A DNA stretch of 64,000 nucleotides from Octopus vulgaris (taxonomy: Eukaryota). Location: contig OX597815.1 in NCBI GenBank assembly GCA_951406725.2, positions 88,164,001 to 88,228,000 on the forward strand, in the 5' to 3' direction. Numbering within the stretch: position 1 is the first letter of the stretch; the number at the start of each line of letters is the position of its first letter. The position numbers and the translations under genes are program-made. Positions 61,585 through 64,000 of this stretch are shown here, piece by piece. Below the pieces are notes generated by a model. That model was not told the origin of the DNA. It did no database searches and worked only from the letters and a program-made list of their open reading frames with translations.

Positions 61585-64000
61585 CATCAACAGACTTGCT
61601 CAAAGATTCATGACTGTGCTCTCATCATTTTTCAAGCAACAACATTGTTTGTTTTTACTGCACTTGCCAGCAAGTGAATTAGAGGAGAAGAGATTACTCT
61701 GGCAGTGCCAGATTTACACTAAATTACTCTTGAGTCTAAATGAAATCTACAAAGCTAGACTGGAAGAAAATCTCATGAAATTAAAATGTTATGGCAATAT
61801 TTTTCCCCTCCATAACATCAAAACATAAACCCATGCACATTTCACATTTATTTTTTTTCCTTTATGCATTTAAGTTTTTATAATTTCCCCTTCAAATTTT
61901 ATCTATAAAACTAAACAGAAATAATCTTTTGGGAGGAACGAACATATTTCAACTATCTCTTGAACAAATTTTATATAAATTTAATTTTTTTTTTTTTCCC
62001 TGTTCAACAGTTGGAAGTTACCTCCATCTCTATATGTTGACATTTTGGAGTATTCCTCACTCCATCTAATAACAACACTATTCAACGCTGGTTATTTTCC
62101 TCCTTCCCCTACCTTATTGATATCCTTGCCAGGGATATAACTCAACTGCTGGCAGCTGGCAAATAGATTTTGCTGTACGAAGACTATTTTTAACATTTTT
62201 ATTTTAATCATTTATTTTTTAAATGTCCATCAAAGACAATTTTACTCATTCGTTGTGATGGAATTCGATTCATATTTTCTATTAGTTATCCATATGTCCT
62301 GGATATTTTTAACATTTATAACTCTTAAGTAATCAGTTTTAAGTAAATCAAATTGCACATAAGTACATCTGTATTATACTTAGATCTGACTACTCAATGT
62401 GCATTTGTATCCTGTGAGTTACAAGAAATTCTTTTTTTTATGAGGTTCCCTCAAGGAAAATATTCTAGACATAAAGTTATATATCCTTCTCTTTTTATCT
62501 GAAAAATATTCTATATTGATTACTTTTCACTGAAAGTAACTAAGCATATATACATTCTTGGAAGTGCATCTTTTCTGCCTTCATTACACTTCCATGTATC
62601 ATAGTTGTGAAATACATTACAGTCTTTGCGAACACATGACTGTATATTTGTTGAGTGCTGTTCATGTTTACTTGTTATGTAATCGAAACATATGAAAGAA
62701 TTCTATGAATGAAAGGTTGAGCCGAGAATCTCATATCTGAATATAAACACAATTAAAACTGCTGTTTCCTCATTCACACATACACAAATCACACAACCCC
62801 CATCCCCCCACTTAATTGATTAGCTAGGTACACATATAGACACACAAATGCAACAACACTGGTTCAAATTCTCTGTTTTACTGTGTGAATATTTATATGA
62901 AATATAACATTATTTATGATTTCACTGTTTATTTTGAACAATAGATGTCAGGTGCTAAATGAATCACAAAATACTGCTTTAAACTTTCTAATTTAAGACT
63001 ATGAAAATTGTTAGTAACCTGAAGATTTTGGACAGTTTTTCAGTTTTCTTTCTTTATACTTAAAAGGATTTTTTTTGCATCTTTTTTGATTCTTCACTGA
63101 AATACATAATTTACTGAATTAAGTTATTCAAATCTACAACTACTAATTTATATATATAATATACACACACACATATATGCACACATAGCCTTTTGTATTC
63201 ATTTCTGTTATTATTGTTTTGTAATATATGTGAAAATCCTTCATCATACATCTATTATCTTGTCACTGATTGAAGCAGATTACCAATAAATATGTCAGAG
63301 TACAGCAAAATACTTTCCATGTTTAAGGGTTTTTACTGTCATCACAAAACAATAATATAGCTGAAGTGAATCTAGCAGCAAGCAATTTTAATGAATCAAG
63401 GCTTTAGTATGATGCAATTACTTTAATATTAACACACAATTCCAGATGAAATCACGAACCAAGCAAGTGTAACCAAGAAGTACACATCATCATCATCACC
63501 ATCATCATAATTTTATGCCCATTTTACCAAACTGGATATAAGTCTGTATTGTACGTGTGTGTGTGATCGCATAAAACAGAAGCTGTAACAATATTTTTAA
63601 AGATTAAAGATCTTAATTCATTCTTACTCAGTATTTCAGTTTAGCAGATCATAATTATGAAATGAAACTGAGCATTTAAGCAGGTTTTTAAATTCATATA
63701 TATATATATAATTTCATTTGGGTGTTGACCCTTGAGTTTACCCTATTATCCATGGGTCCAAGTTATCAGACAGACAGCAATGCAGAGATTGTTTGTTTTA
63801 TCAAAAACATTCTTAAAAATCCACACATATCCAGAGTTTTTACAATTATAAACAAAGAGAGGCAAGTCCTTTTATTACATTAATTTACACAATTGTTTCA
63901 TCTGAATTCAATCTCATGAATATTGCTATATTTGCAAATAACTTTATGCTTAATATAACAATATTCATGAGATCAATTTCTGATGGAACAATTGCAAATT
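61585..64000 (+). other. Probable long AT-rich 3' UTR / downstream region (end not determinable)
   Basis: Follows the stop; few TE remnants; AATAAA at 63285-63290. Confidence 0.45.

Overview
Eukaryotic (animal) AT-rich genomic DNA, most likely a cephalopod mollusc (Octopus-type tRNA-SINEs and RTE tails; inferred, not searched). The window lies almost entirely inside one + strand gene, a DOCK-A family Rac GEF (DOCK1/2/5, DOCK180/mbc/ced-5 type). I traced 41 phase-consistent coding exons from 1550 to the stop at 61584 (about 1499 aa: C2/DHR-1, ARM region, DHR-2 GEF, Pro-rich tail). The N-terminal SH3/ELMO-binding exons lie upstream of the window. The introns carry a young CR1-like LINE, a full-length mariner, RTE fragments, two SINE families and several MITEs. 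Most notable: (1) a candidate 6/3/0-nt microexon or recursive splice site at 9042-9047; (2) a U12-type minor intron at 49299-49530; (3) decayed minimal hammerhead-ribozyme motifs of Penelope/retrozyme type; (4) a twin-priming-like inverted LINE; (5) a mariner broken only by homopolymer indels; (6) several intronic dsRNA-forming repeats plus possible A-to-I recoding sites. No prokaryotic system or CRISPR array is present. All alignments to known proteins are from memory.
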